Shown here: positions 19,785 to 29,244 of the stretch, piece by piece
Numbering within the stretch: the stretch's first letter is position 1
How the letters are laid out: each line of letters opens with the position of its first letter
Assembly: GCA_046754105.1 (NCBI GenBank)
Contig: JBHHVD010000018.1
Span: 1 to 41,384, forward strand
Origin: Candidatus Krumholzibacteriia bacterium
GTDB taxonomy: Bacteria; Krumholzibacteriota; Krumholzibacteriia; WVZY01
DNA length: 41,384 bases
Direction: 5' to 3'
Made by a program: the position numbers and the translations under genes
Notes under the pieces: generated by a model
Databases searched by the model: none
What the model was told of the DNA's origin: nothing
What the model saw: only the letters and a program-made list of their open reading frames with translations

Positions 19785-21710
19785 TTACCTCTCGTCCTTT
19801 GTTTCACCCAGTCGCTGCCGGATCATGCCCTCGATCGCGCCTGGCTTGATCGGCTGGCCGTGCACCATAGACCAGCAGTCGACGTCTACCAGATACCGGG
19901 CGCGCAGCAGCAAAGCCAGATTGGCGTAGCGGCGGTTGTTGTCATCGATCAGCTCATCGTCGAGATTGTCCGAGTAGTTGATCTCAACGGTCATCACCCG
20001 CTTGAACTTTTCCATGATCTCCTTGATTCCAGAAGCCATCGGCTGCAGGAATTTCAAGTGCAGCGAGGACACCTTCATCCCTTCCCGCTGCAACTTCCCT
20101 ACCGCCTCCTCGATGGCCCCCTTCGTACTTCCCCAACCTACGACGAGCAACTCACCCTCGGGCTCGCCGAACACGGCCGGCGTCTTGAGCGTTTTCTGGA
20201 ACGCCGCCAGCTTGAGACTTCGATACCGGTGGCCCTCCTGATTGGTTGCGGGCTCGTAGGCGACTTTGCTCTCGCGCGTATGGGCGAGACCGGTGAGCGT
20301 GTGCATTCCGTTCGGTTGTCCCGGGATGTAGCGGCGCGACAGCCCGGTCCTCGGGTCCCAGTCGTAGGGCGGACGATCCGCGGGGACGGGACTCTGGTCG
20401 AACGGCGGTGCCACCCATTCGCGGTTGAAATGCGGCCGCGGGAAGGCCTGCTGGCCGGTGGCCAGGTTGGCGTCGCTGAGCACCACGACCAGCGTGCGAA
20501 AGGTTTCCGCGATCTTGCGGGCCGTTATCATCGAGTAGAAACAATCCTCGATGGTAGCCGGCGCCATCACGATTTTCGGGGCGTCGCCGGGCGTGCCGAA
20601 GCACGCCGCCAGCAGGTCGCCCTGTTCGACCTTGGTGGGCAGGCCCGTACTGGGACCGCCACGCTGCACGTCCACTACGACCAGCGGTACCTCGCCCATG
20701 GCGGACAAACCCATCAATTCTGTTTTCAACGCCATCCCGGGACCGGAGGTAACGGTCACCGCACACCGCCCCGCGTAGGAGGCGCCAATGGCGAAGGCGC
20801 AGGCGGCGATCTCGTCCTCGGCCTGGTGCAGGATGCCGCCGACGTGACGGAAAATATCGCCGAGGTAATGGGAGGCGGAGGTCGCTGGCGTGATGGGATA
20901 CATCGCGCACACCTCCATCCCCGAGGCGACGATGCCAAGCGCCAGCGCGGTGTTGCCGTTGACGACGACCTGGGGCTCCGTCATGCCGTAGGGCGGCACT
21001 TCGAATCGAAAATCGAGGTGCTCCTCAGCCCACGCGTACCCCGCATCGAGAAGCTCGACGTTCGACTTGATCACTCCCTCGCCCTTCTTTTGAAACTTGA
21101 GCGCAATCAGGTCCCGGACCATCTGCAGTTCCCGCGAGTAGATGTAACAGAGCATGCCGACCACGAACATGTTTTTCCCGCGCTGCGGATTCTCGACGTA
21201 TTTCTTGCACTCCTCTTCCATGGGCACCTCGTGGATCCGGTAGCCGTCGGCCACGAGACCGTCGTATACCTCGGCGTACGTGCTGGCGATCGCGGCGTCG
21301 GCGTGCGTCCGCCACATGTTCTCCAGGAGGATAATGCACCCGGGCTTGAACTCTCCCGACGCCGCCCGCCCCTGCAGCACCTGCTCGTTGAAGGCGACGA
21401 CCACGTCCGCCTCGTCGCCCGCGTTGTCGATCGGGAACGAACCCAGGCGTATGCGGTTACCGCTCGCGCCCGCGTGGTTTCTCGGCGGAGGCTCGATCTC
21501 GGCGGGAATGATCTCGACGGTCCAGATGCTGTTGCCCATCTTCGCCGATACCGTCCCGAACATCTGGCCGGCGGTCTGGGCTCCTTCTCCGGAATCCGAT
21601 ATGATTTCGACGATGTGTTCTCCGACGCACCGCGGTTGCTCTCCCTGCCTGGTCACACTGCTCGTCTTGGGTGTCACCGGTGTATCTGCCTTTTTGTTGG
21701 ATACCTTCAT
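19785..21710 (-). CDS. korA: 2-oxoacid:ferredoxin oxidoreductase alpha subunit, gamma-alpha fusion (substrate not established)
   Basis: DSGEGAQTAG, MYPITPAT, QAEDEIAA, TSGPG and QRGGPSTGLPTKVEQGD are all intact. Confidence 0.9.
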   Translation of the reverse strand: MKVSNKKADTPVTPKTSSVTRQGEQPRCVGEHIVEIISDSGEGAQTAGQMFGTVSAKMGNSIWTVEIIPAEIEPPPRNHAGASGNRIRLGSFPIDNAGDEADVVVAFNEQVLQGRAASGEFKPGCIILLENMWRTHADAAIASTYAEVYDGLVADGYRIHEVPMEEECKKYVENPQRGKNMFVVGMLCYIYSRELQMVRDLIALKFQKKGEGVIKSNVELLDAGYAWAEEHLDFRFEVPPYGMTEPQVVVNGNTALALGIVASGMEVCAMYPITPATSASHYLGDIFRHVGGILHQAEDEIAACAFAIGASYAGRCAVTVTSGPGMALKTELMGLSAMGEVPLVVVDVQRGGPSTGLPTKVEQGDLLAACFGTPGDAPKIVMAPATIEDCFYSMITARKIAETFRTLVVVLSDANLATGQQAFPRPHFNREWVAPPFDQSPVPADRPPYDWDPRTGLSRRYIPGQPNGMHTLTGLAHTRESKVAYEPATNQEGHRYRSLKLAAFQKTLKTPAVFGEPEGELLVVGWGSTKGAIEEAVGKLQREGMKVSSLHLKFLQPMASGIKEIMEKFKRVMTVEINYSDNLDDELIDDNNRRYANLALLLRARYLVDVDCWSMVHGQPIKPGAIEGMIRQRLGETKDER

Positions 21711-21813
21711 CGCAAACCCATCCGTTTCCTGGTTATCGAACGAAACGGTGACTCCTGGTCGGGTCACCGCCGGCCTTCTCTCTTCCCGGACTCTTGATCC
21801 GCCCTCCGCCGAA

Positions 21814-22047
21814 TCACTTATGGACGGGCGGCCACACTTGCTCGCCCGTCTCGGCATCGTAGAGCGTGATCGCATCGGCGGGACATTCTTTGGCGGCGGC
21901 CAGGATATACTCCGGCCAGTTACCGCCTTCGTCTACGATGCGCGATTTGTCCTCCTCATCGATTTCGAAAGTCTCCGGGGCCTTGTCCCAGCACTGCTTG
22001 TCCCCAAGACAAATATCGCGGCGGATTTCAATCCTGTACTTTGCCAT
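21814..22047 (-). CDS. Monocluster ferredoxin (CxxDxxC...CP)
   Basis: 77 aa, MAKYRIEIRRDICLGDKQCWDKAPETF...AAKECPADAI. RBS GGAG. Confidence 0.88.
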   Translation of the reverse strand: MAKYRIEIRRDICLGDKQCWDKAPETFEIDEEDKSRIVDEGGNWPEYILAAAKECPADAITLYDAETGEQVWPPVHK

Positions 22048-22126
22048 GACACTCGCTCCTGCCCCCGCCGGGGGGGGGACGGTTGGCACCATGTGGTCCG
22101 CCTGCCGGCCCGCGAAAGCGGCCTCG

Positions 22127-22750
22127 TCAGACGGCGTGATCCACCTCACCACCCAGGACCTCCGCGTAGGGACAGCCCCCGCGGAACTGTTCGATCGGGC
22201 AGTTGTCCGCGACGTACGCCCCGCAAAACAGGCACGCTCGCTTTTCATCCTGGCAGCGGCTGAGCACCGACACACAAAAACGCTCGAGCAGGTCCGAGAG
22301 CTTTTCGATTTCCTCGGGCCGGAACGATTCCAATACGCCCGTAAGCCTGTCGTTCTTAAGAGCTTCATATCTTCGAACCAGCTGGCGTCCGCTGTCACTC
22401 ACAGACAACCGGGTCGCCCGGCGGTCACCGGCCGACGATTGCCGGATCACCAGTCCGAGCCCGACGAGCTTGTCGATACTCTTGGATGCCGCCGGCGGAC
22501 TCACACCCAGAAAGTCGGCCGCTTGCCGGACCGACCGGCAGCCGTGAAGCGACATCAATCGGATCAAGTGGAATTGGGACGCACTGAGGGGCTGCGGGCT
22601 GACCTCGTGCAACAGGTCCTTGCCGAGGGTCTCCCGCACCACAGAGGCAAATATGTGCGTATCTCGAAGCAGGCGAAAGAGATCCGCGCCCTCTATGCCT
22701 TGTTGGGTCTGAGCGAACGGTTGCGCCGGGTCGGGTTCGTCCGGAAACAT
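22127..22750 (-). CDS. MarR-family regulator with C-terminal Cys cluster
   Basis: Winged HTH region AADFLGVSPPAASKSIDKLVGLGLV...DRR, and tail CLFC-x7-C-x8-C. Confidence 0.85.
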   Translation of the reverse strand: MFPDEPDPAQPFAQTQQGIEGADLFRLLRDTHIFASVVRETLGKDLLHEVSPQPLSASQFHLIRLMSLHGCRSVRQAADFLGVSPPAASKSIDKLVGLGLVIRQSSAGDRRATRLSVSDSGRQLVRRYEALKNDRLTGVLESFRPEEIEKLSDLLERFCVSVLSRCQDEKRACLFCGAYVADNCPIEQFRGGCPYAEVLGGEVDHAV

Positions 22751-22785
22751 AGCGTTCTCCAAGTGAGCTCGAAGCGTTATTCAAC

Positions 22786-22843
22786 CCAGTTAGCAATTAA
22801 CTGGACTAATAATTACATTAGTTTCCGTTCCGCTCGGAGTCAA
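22786..22843 (-). promoter_or_regulatory. Sigma70-type promoter of the marR-led cluster with two adjacent inverted repeats
   Basis: Minus-strand TTGACT-17-TAATGT (22843-22815). Inverted repeats CCAGTTA-N5-TAACTGG (22786-22804) and ACTAAT-N6-ATTAGT (22805-22822). Confidence 0.65.
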
Positions 22844-22854
22844 CGCGTAACTTA

Positions 22855-22868
22855 TTGATTTTTATCAA
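22855..22868. promoter_or_regulatory. FNR/CRP-family box
   Basis: TTGATTTTTATCAA is a perfect TTGAT-N4-ATCAA just upstream of the -35 element. Confidence 0.7.
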
Positions 22869-23022
22869 GTTTAGCTCAGATGACGGCATGGAGAGGGGTA
22901 CGCACATCGGCTTTCTACTCGGTCAGCGACTTGTCGATCTTCGACCTGTGCAACCAGGTTTGCGGTGGTATCGACCGCGACCTGGAGAACCGCCGCAAGG
23001 CGTTTCGCTGATCCGTTCCCCG

Positions 23023-25170
23023 CTACGGCGTATGCTTCGCCTGCGCGGTGTAGCCCAGCACATCCAGCAGGAAGGCGTACTGAAACGCCGTTTCATGGTA
23101 GCGTCTATACCTGCCCGACGCCCCGCTGTGCCCGGCATCCATGTTTATCTTGATCAAGAGGCGGTTGTTGTCGGTTTTCATCGCCCGCAGCTTCGCCACC
23201 CATTTCGCCGGCTCGAAGTACTGTACCTGTGAATCGTGGAGTCCGGTCGTCACCAGCAGGTTGGGGTAGTCCTTTGCCTCGACGTTGTCATACGGCGAAT
23301 ACGACAGGATATAGTCGTAGTACTCCTTCTCATTCGGATCGCCCCACTCGTCGTATTCACCGGTAGTAAGTGGAATGCTCTCGTCGAGCATCGTCGTAAC
23401 CACGTCCACGAACGGCACCCGCGTGACAACGCCCTTGAACAGGTCCGGCCGCATGTTGATGATCGCCCCCATCAGCAACCCGCCGGCACTGCCACCCATC
23501 GCGAACAGTTTGTCGGGGTTGGTGAATTTCCTCTCTATCAGGTATTCCGCACAGGAGATGAAATCCGTAAAGGTGTTCTTCTTCGCGAGCAGTTTTCCGT
23601 TCTCGTACCAGTCACGTCCCAGTTCCTGGCCGCCACGGATGTGGGCGATCGCGTAGACGAATCCGCGGTCGAGCAGGCTCAGGCGGGAGGCGTTGAAAGA
23701 CGCGTCGAGGCTGTAACCGTACGAGCCGTACCCGTAGAGCACCATGGGGTTCTGCCCGTCCCTGCGCACGCCCTTGCGGTAGACGAGTGAAATCGGCACT
23801 TTCACACCGTCACCGGCGGGTGCGTAGAGGCGCTCGGTCTTGTAGTCCTTGGCTTCGAATCCACCCAGGATCTCGTCCTGCTTCATCAGGGTTTTCTCGT
23901 GCGTCACCATGTTGTAGTCGAACGTGGAGCGGGGCGTCGTCATCGACGTGTACACAAAACGCAGGATGTCGGTCTTGAAGTCGGGATTCGTGCTGATATA
24001 AGCAAGATAGGCGGGCTCCCCGAAATCGAGATAGTGCTCCTTCTTCCCCGACCAGGGCCGGACCCGAAGGTTGATGAGACCGTTTTTTCGTTCCTCGATA
24101 ACGAGGTGATCTTCGAAGATCTCGAATCCCTCGAGGAAGACGTCGTCGCGATGCGCAATAACGTCCTTCCAGGACCCCTTGTCCGTCTTCGCTTCGGGTG
24201 TTTCCATCAGACGAAAGTTCTTGGCGCCGTAGTTCGTACGGATGTAAAACTTGTCCTGGTAATGGTCGATCGAGTACTCGTGGTCCTTCTCGCGCGGCAG
24301 AAACACGTGGAAAGAGCCATTCGGGTCATCCGCAGCGAGATAACGAAACTCGCTGCTCAACGTCTGGAAGGATCCGATCAAGATGTACTTCTTGGACTTC
24401 GTCCTCCACACGTAACAACCGAAGGTATCGTCCTTTTCCTCATAAACGAGCTCGTCTTGTGAAGTATCCGTACCCAGGACGTGGCGGTAGATGCGGTGTG
24501 ACCGCAGGGTCGTGGGATCTTGCTTGGCGTAGAAGAGGGTCTTGTTGTCGCTGGCCCACGCCATGCCCCCGGTGACTTCGGGGATGACGTCCGAGAGCGT
24601 ACCGCCGGTGTCGAGATTCTTGAACTTTATCGTGTAAATGCGGCGCCCTGCCGTGTCCTCGGCGTACGCAAGAATATCCTGGTCGAAGCTCACACGGCGC
24701 CCGCGCACGGCAAAATACTCGTGGCCCTGCGCCATCGCGTTGACGTCGAGCATGATTTCTTCGTTGCCGTTCATCGTACCCTTCTTGCGGCAATAGATCG
24801 GGTATTCCTTACCATCCTCGTACCGGGTGTAGTAGAAATAGTCATCCAGCTTGTACGGAACCGATTCATCCGTCTGCTTTATCCGGCCCTTGATTTCCTC
24901 GAAGAGCCTCTCCTGCAGCTCCTCCGTGCCGGCCATCATCGCACTGGTGTAGTCATTCTCGGTTTTCAAGTATGCGATTACTTCCGGGTTCTCGCGCTCG
25001 TTCAGCCAGTAGTAGTTGTCGACGCGAACGTGGCCGTGCTTTTCCAGTTTCTTAGGGATTACGCGCGCCATCGGAGGTTGCACCCCCTCAACCGTATCCT
25101 CCGCCAGGGCGGGATTGAAACAAACCGACGCGATTAGAAACGCCCCGGGCAGAATTCTGTTCAAACGCAT
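23023..25170 (-). CDS. ptrB: Oligopeptidase B (protease II, S9A) with signal peptide
   Basis: DNYYWL, HIRGGQELG, GGSAGG nucleophile motif, LHDSQV and AGH. Leader MRLNRILPGAFLIASVCFNPALA. Confidence 0.93.
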   Translation of the reverse strand: MRLNRILPGAFLIASVCFNPALAEDTVEGVQPPMARVIPKKLEKHGHVRVDNYYWLNERENPEVIAYLKTENDYTSAMMAGTEELQERLFEEIKGRIKQTDESVPYKLDDYFYYTRYEDGKEYPIYCRKKGTMNGNEEIMLDVNAMAQGHEYFAVRGRRVSFDQDILAYAEDTAGRRIYTIKFKNLDTGGTLSDVIPEVTGGMAWASDNKTLFYAKQDPTTLRSHRIYRHVLGTDTSQDELVYEEKDDTFGCYVWRTKSKKYILIGSFQTLSSEFRYLAADDPNGSFHVFLPREKDHEYSIDHYQDKFYIRTNYGAKNFRLMETPEAKTDKGSWKDVIAHRDDVFLEGFEIFEDHLVIEERKNGLINLRVRPWSGKKEHYLDFGEPAYLAYISTNPDFKTDILRFVYTSMTTPRSTFDYNMVTHEKTLMKQDEILGGFEAKDYKTERLYAPAGDGVKVPISLVYRKGVRRDGQNPMVLYGYGSYGYSLDASFNASRLSLLDRGFVYAIAHIRGGQELGRDWYENGKLLAKKNTFTDFISCAEYLIERKFTNPDKLFAMGGSAGGLLMGAIINMRPDLFKGVVTRVPFVDVVTTMLDESIPLTTGEYDEWGDPNEKEYYDYILSYSPYDNVEAKDYPNLLVTTGLHDSQVQYFEPAKWVAKLRAMKTDNNRLLIKINMDAGHSGASGRYRRYHETAFQYAFLLDVLGYTAQAKHTP

Positions 25171-25247
25171 AGTAGGCCCTCCGCTTCTTTGACGGACTGA
25201 TCTATGTAGACGGAATAATATATGATAATGGAACTTCGGCCGCCGGT

Positions 25248-26156
25248 CTAGCGAAAGTAGACCACGGCGAGCGAGTACGTGGTTCCCGCCACCGTGTCCT
25301 TCCCCGCCAGCGTGTGAAACGCCTCCGCGCTGAGCGATACTCTCTCGTTCATTGCCACGCTCGTCTCCAAGCTCAGCTTGAGTATATCCTGGTCGCCCAC
25401 GATGACCTGGTTCAACACGCCTCCCGGCAACGGGGTTACGATCGTCGCGCCCGCTACGTCCGGCGGGTCCTTCGTGTTCTGCAGCCCGTCGAGCCGGACC
25501 TTCAGGAATAACCGCGCCGCCTGGTACCCCGCCTCGACGTTGTATATCACCTCGTCGTGCAGCTCGCCGCCCCGGCGCCGGTACCCGCCACCGAGGCTCA
25601 GGTAGGCGGGTGTGGGGAAAAGACTCCAACCGGCGTTCAGCTGCACTTCGCCGTCCACCCGTCCCGTGCCGGGTGATGGGCCGTCGTTGTCGGGCAACCG
25701 GTCGTATCCGAGGGGTACTTTGACACCGGCCTGCAGCGCGACGGCAACCGGCCGGCGCAGGAGCGGCGTGCGCAAGATAAACGCCGCGTCGCCGAGGCCG
25801 GTGTTCCGGCGCGTGATGCGGCGCGGGGCAGCGCCCGGCAGGGGCGTGAGCGTTTCCCTGGTGGCCGTAATGACGAACGCCAGCCTGGAGACCAGCGTCA
25901 GACGGTTCGAGATACCGTACTCGACGTACTCGGTAACGGCGACGTTATGAAACGAGGTATTGCTGCGGGTGGCGTCCTCGGTGAATATCTCCTGCCGCTC
26001 ACCTCTGAAGTCGAATTCGTCCTCGGTGTAGAGCACGTGCACCGAAGTCTTCAGATAAAGGCTGCCCTTCGGCTGCACCCACGACTGCGCCGGCGCCTGG
26101 CCCGCGGCCGGCACCACCAGCGCCAGTGCGGAAAAAACGACCCGGGCTGCCCGCAT
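25248..26156 (-). CDS. Exported protein, probable outer-membrane beta-barrel of unknown function
   Basis: Signal peptide, amphipathic strands (YVEYGISNRLTL, GLGDAAF, ALQAGVKVP) and an aromatic C-terminus VVYFR. Confidence 0.55.
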   Translation of the reverse strand: MRAARVVFSALALVVPAAGQAPAQSWVQPKGSLYLKTSVHVLYTEDEFDFRGERQEIFTEDATRSNTSFHNVAVTEYVEYGISNRLTLVSRLAFVITATRETLTPLPGAAPRRITRRNTGLGDAAFILRTPLLRRPVAVALQAGVKVPLGYDRLPDNDGPSPGTGRVDGEVQLNAGWSLFPTPAYLSLGGGYRRRGGELHDEVIYNVEAGYQAARLFLKVRLDGLQNTKDPPDVAGATIVTPLPGGVLNQVIVGDQDILKLSLETSVAMNERVSLSAEAFHTLAGKDTVAGTTYSLAVVYFR

Positions 26157-26161
26157 CCCGC

Positions 26162-29077
26162 TCAATCCTCGCCACCTCCGAGCGCCTGCAGCCGCTTTCG
26201 AGCATCCGCCACGGCGGGCAGCCCGGGGTCGGCCCCGGCCCAGGCATCCAGGAATCGTTCGTACTGCTGCCGCGATTTCGCCGGCCGCCCCATCGCCTCG
26301 TACACCTGCCCCAGTTGGTAGCGCCCTATCGCGTGGCTTCCGTAGACTCGAAGCATCTCCTCGAGCACGGCGGCCGCGTCCCTGTTGCGGCCGGCCAGTT
26401 GCAGGGCGCGAGCGGTACTTTCACGGCGCTCGATGTCCTTGGACCCTCCGAGCGGCACGCCCCGCTGCGCCATCTCCGTCAGCGCGGCCAGTGCGGCTCG
26501 CCCGTCTCCTGCGGCCAATGCGATATCGGCGGAAACCCGGAGCAGTTGGAAAGGCTCCGAACGCCCGCTGCTCTGCTCCAGCGCTCTCAGGTCATCCGCG
26601 GCCCGCCGCGCTGCGTCGAGCGAATCGACCGCGACCAGGGCGCGCGCCCGGTAGCGTGCGGCCGACAATCGCTCGTAGTCCGACGCGGCGTCGGCCGACA
26701 ATCTTTTCGCCCAGCGCAGTGCCTCACCCGGCCGTCCCGCCCTCATCAACAGCTGGATGCGCCCTTCCGTCTCCCGCGCGGTTTCGGGTCCCGAGAGCGC
26801 TTGCCATGCCGCGTCGTAGAACCCGATCGCCTTCGCGAAGCGGCCGGCCTCGAGGTAACAAAACGCCAGTCCCGGCCAGAAACTGATGTCGGCAAGGATC
26901 GAAACGCTGTCCACCCTCGAGAGGTGCGCGGATCGCAGAATGTCCTCGAAGGTCGCGATCGCCCTGTCCAGGTCGCCGCGTGAAAAATCACAATAGCCGA
27001 TCCCCTGCATCGACCATACGAATTCCGGGTCGAGCTCGAGCGCCTTCCGAAACGCCGCCTCCGCACTGTCCGGCTCTGCCACGGTCAGGTAGCGCTGGCC
27101 CAGGTCGTCCCAGGCGTTCGGGTTTTCGGGGTGTTGTTTCACGTACTCCCTCGCCGCGGCGAGCGCTTCATCCGTCCGGCCCACGTAGGCGAGGCTGGTC
27201 CCGTAGATGTTTCCGAAGACGGCGTCGTCGGTGTACAACTCGAGCGCCTGCCCGGAGACGGTGACCGCCTCGTCGTAGTACCAGTTGTAAAAGAGGATGT
27301 CCGAGAGGTCGCTCAGGACCTTGTGATCGTCCGGCCACCTGGCGAGCATTTCCCGGTAGGTCGCGATGGCGTCGATGTCCCTGTCGGCCACCCATTCCCG
27401 CCACGCCTCGAGCCGCATGCGATCCTTGATACCGAGCCGCGACCGCTGCCGCCAGGCCCGCTCGGCCCAGGCTCGGGCCGCGTCGCGTTCCAGGTCGAGG
27501 TCGTACGTGCGGCCGATTTCGAAAAAAGCCAGGGCGAAGGTGCTGTCCAGGGCGACCGCCCGGCGCAGCTCGCGGAAGGCATCCTTGGTCCGCGCTTCCT
27601 CGCGCGCCAGGATTCCCGCCACGTAATGTTTGTAGGCCTCTTGTGACGACGTGGTAAGGGTGCTCACCGAGGGCTGCGCCACCGGCGCCGCGGCCCCGCT
27701 CTCCGCGGCGAGCAGCGGCAGGACTTCGGCGATGATCTGGTCGGCGAGCAGCACCTGGTTGGCACCTTCCACCCGGCGGGCGGCGAGGCTCTCCCCGCTC
27801 GCGATGTCGACCAGCCGCCAGGTGACGTACGACACGCCCCCCAGCGACCCCATCTGTCCGGTGAGCAGCATCGTCGCACCCGATTGCCGCGCCACCTCGA
27901 GCGCCTCGGTCTCTTCGATCGGGCCGTGCTCGGTGTCGAACAGGCGGCGGCGGAGATCGTAGAGATACTCCGGGCTGATAACGCGTATGGGACTGCTCTC
28001 GACCAGTCCCACTTGCACCAGCCCCGTCATGCCGGCGGAAATGGTGCGGTCGTCTGGTGTGGCCAGGTCACGAAAATCCACGACGGCCAGGGCGTGGGCT
28101 TCACTCGGCGACAACACGCGGTTCTGCCACAGCGTCTTCGCCACGACCGCGACGACGGCGATTCCAACGACGGCAAGCGCGATACGCGCGCGCGGACCGA
28201 GCGTTAGCCTCGCGCGCCGCGAACGCCGGACCCGGTGACGGCGCGAGGGTCGTCCCAGCTCGAGCACGTCGGCGGCATCCTCCAGTGCCTCGAGCAGTTC
28301 CGCGCCGTCGGCGTAGCGCCGTCCCACTTCCTTCTCCAACGCCCGTTCCACGACCCGGGTCAGCGCCTCGGGAATGTCGCCCCGGTGCGTGGAAAGAGGC
28401 GGGATGTCTTCGTGCACGAGCTGGTAGAGGATGGCCGCCTCGTGTTCCGCGTCGAAGGGGAGCCTGCCGGAGAGCAACTCGTAGAGAACGACGCCGAGCG
28501 AGAACACGTCGGAGGCCGCTCCGACCTCTCCCCCAAGCGCCTGTTCCGGCGACATGTACGACACCGTGCCCATCGTGGTACCGGTCTTGGTGATGCGGGT
28601 GCTGCCGCTGAGCTTGGCGAGGCCGAAATCCACGATCTTCACCTGCCCGTCCTCGGTGAGCAGGATGTTTCCCGGCTTGATGTCGCGGTGCACGATGCCC
28701 TTCTCGTGCGCACGCGCCAGGCCCGACGCCACCTGGCAAACGATGGCGATCGCCTCGCCGGGATCCAACGGGCCGTCCTCGAGCATGTCTCCGAGCGTCT
28801 GCCCCTGGTAACACGGCATGACGATGAACGTGCGTCCGTCCGCGGTCTCGTCGATCTCGTGAATGGTGCAGATGTTCGGGTGATCCAGCTTGGAAGCCGA
28901 CCTCGCCTCGAGAATGAACCTTTTCTTCGCGTCGGCTGCCGCGTGCAGCTGCCGGGGCAGGAACTTCAGGGCCACCAGCCGGTCGAGCTTGGTGTCCTCT
29001 GCCTTGAAGACAACACCCATGCCGCCCTCTCCGAGTTTCTCGAGGATCTTATAGTGGGATACTGTCTCGCCGATCAT
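26162..29077 (-). CDS. Hanks-type Ser/Thr protein kinase with TM helix and TPR region
   Basis: GEGGMG, VALK, HRDIKPGN, DFG and YMSPE, then TM IALAVVGIAVVAVV and TPR-like helices (AFRKALELDP). Confidence 0.92.
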   Translation of the reverse strand: MIGETVSHYKILEKLGEGGMGVVFKAEDTKLDRLVALKFLPRQLHAAADAKKRFILEARSASKLDHPNICTIHEIDETADGRTFIVMPCYQGQTLGDMLEDGPLDPGEAIAIVCQVASGLARAHEKGIVHRDIKPGNILLTEDGQVKIVDFGLAKLSGSTRITKTGTTMGTVSYMSPEQALGGEVGAASDVFSLGVVLYELLSGRLPFDAEHEAAILYQLVHEDIPPLSTHRGDIPEALTRVVERALEKEVGRRYADGAELLEALEDAADVLELGRPSRRHRVRRSRRARLTLGPRARIALAVVGIAVVAVVAKTLWQNRVLSPSEAHALAVVDFRDLATPDDRTISAGMTGLVQVGLVESSPIRVISPEYLYDLRRRLFDTEHGPIEETEALEVARQSGATMLLTGQMGSLGGVSYVTWRLVDIASGESLAARRVEGANQVLLADQIIAEVLPLLAAESGAAAPVAQPSVSTLTTSSQEAYKHYVAGILAREEARTKDAFRELRRAVALDSTFALAFFEIGRTYDLDLERDAARAWAERAWRQRSRLGIKDRMRLEAWREWVADRDIDAIATYREMLARWPDDHKVLSDLSDILFYNWYYDEAVTVSGQALELYTDDAVFGNIYGTSLAYVGRTDEALAAAREYVKQHPENPNAWDDLGQRYLTVAEPDSAEAAFRKALELDPEFVWSMQGIGYCDFSRGDLDRAIATFEDILRSAHLSRVDSVSILADISFWPGLAFCYLEAGRFAKAIGFYDAAWQALSGPETARETEGRIQLLMRAGRPGEALRWAKRLSADAASDYERLSAARYRARALVAVDSLDAARRAADDLRALEQSSGRSEPFQLLRVSADIALAAGDGRAALAALTEMAQRGVPLGGSKDIERRESTARALQLAGRNRDAAAVLEEMLRVYGSHAIGRYQLGQVYEAMGRPAKSRQQYERFLDAWAGADPGLPAVADARKRLQALGGGED

Positions 29078-29176
29078 ACGCGTGGTACCGTCGTTTGGAA
29101 CCGATGGAAACGCTCGCCCGCACGCCGGCGGGCACAGTGCGCTTGATGGTAAAGGACCCCCTTCGGTCCTTCAACC

Positions 29177-29209
29177 AAAACAGCCGCCCCGCTGCGAGCG
29201 GAGCGGCTG
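29177..29209 (-). terminator. Probable intrinsic terminator, originally directly downstream of the FlgD-domain gene
   Basis: Stem CAGCCGC-C-CCGCT / AGCGG-A-GCGGCTG followed by TTTT on the minus strand. Confidence 0.55.
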
Positions 29210-29244
29210 CCGGAGCCGTCGCAGGTGCCCTGCGAAATGGGCTT

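Noticed and set aside
22070..22078. G9 tract between marR and ferredoxin as a phase-variation site
   Set aside because: It is intergenic, not within a promoter spacer, and part of a GC-rich hairpin. There is no evidence of length variation.
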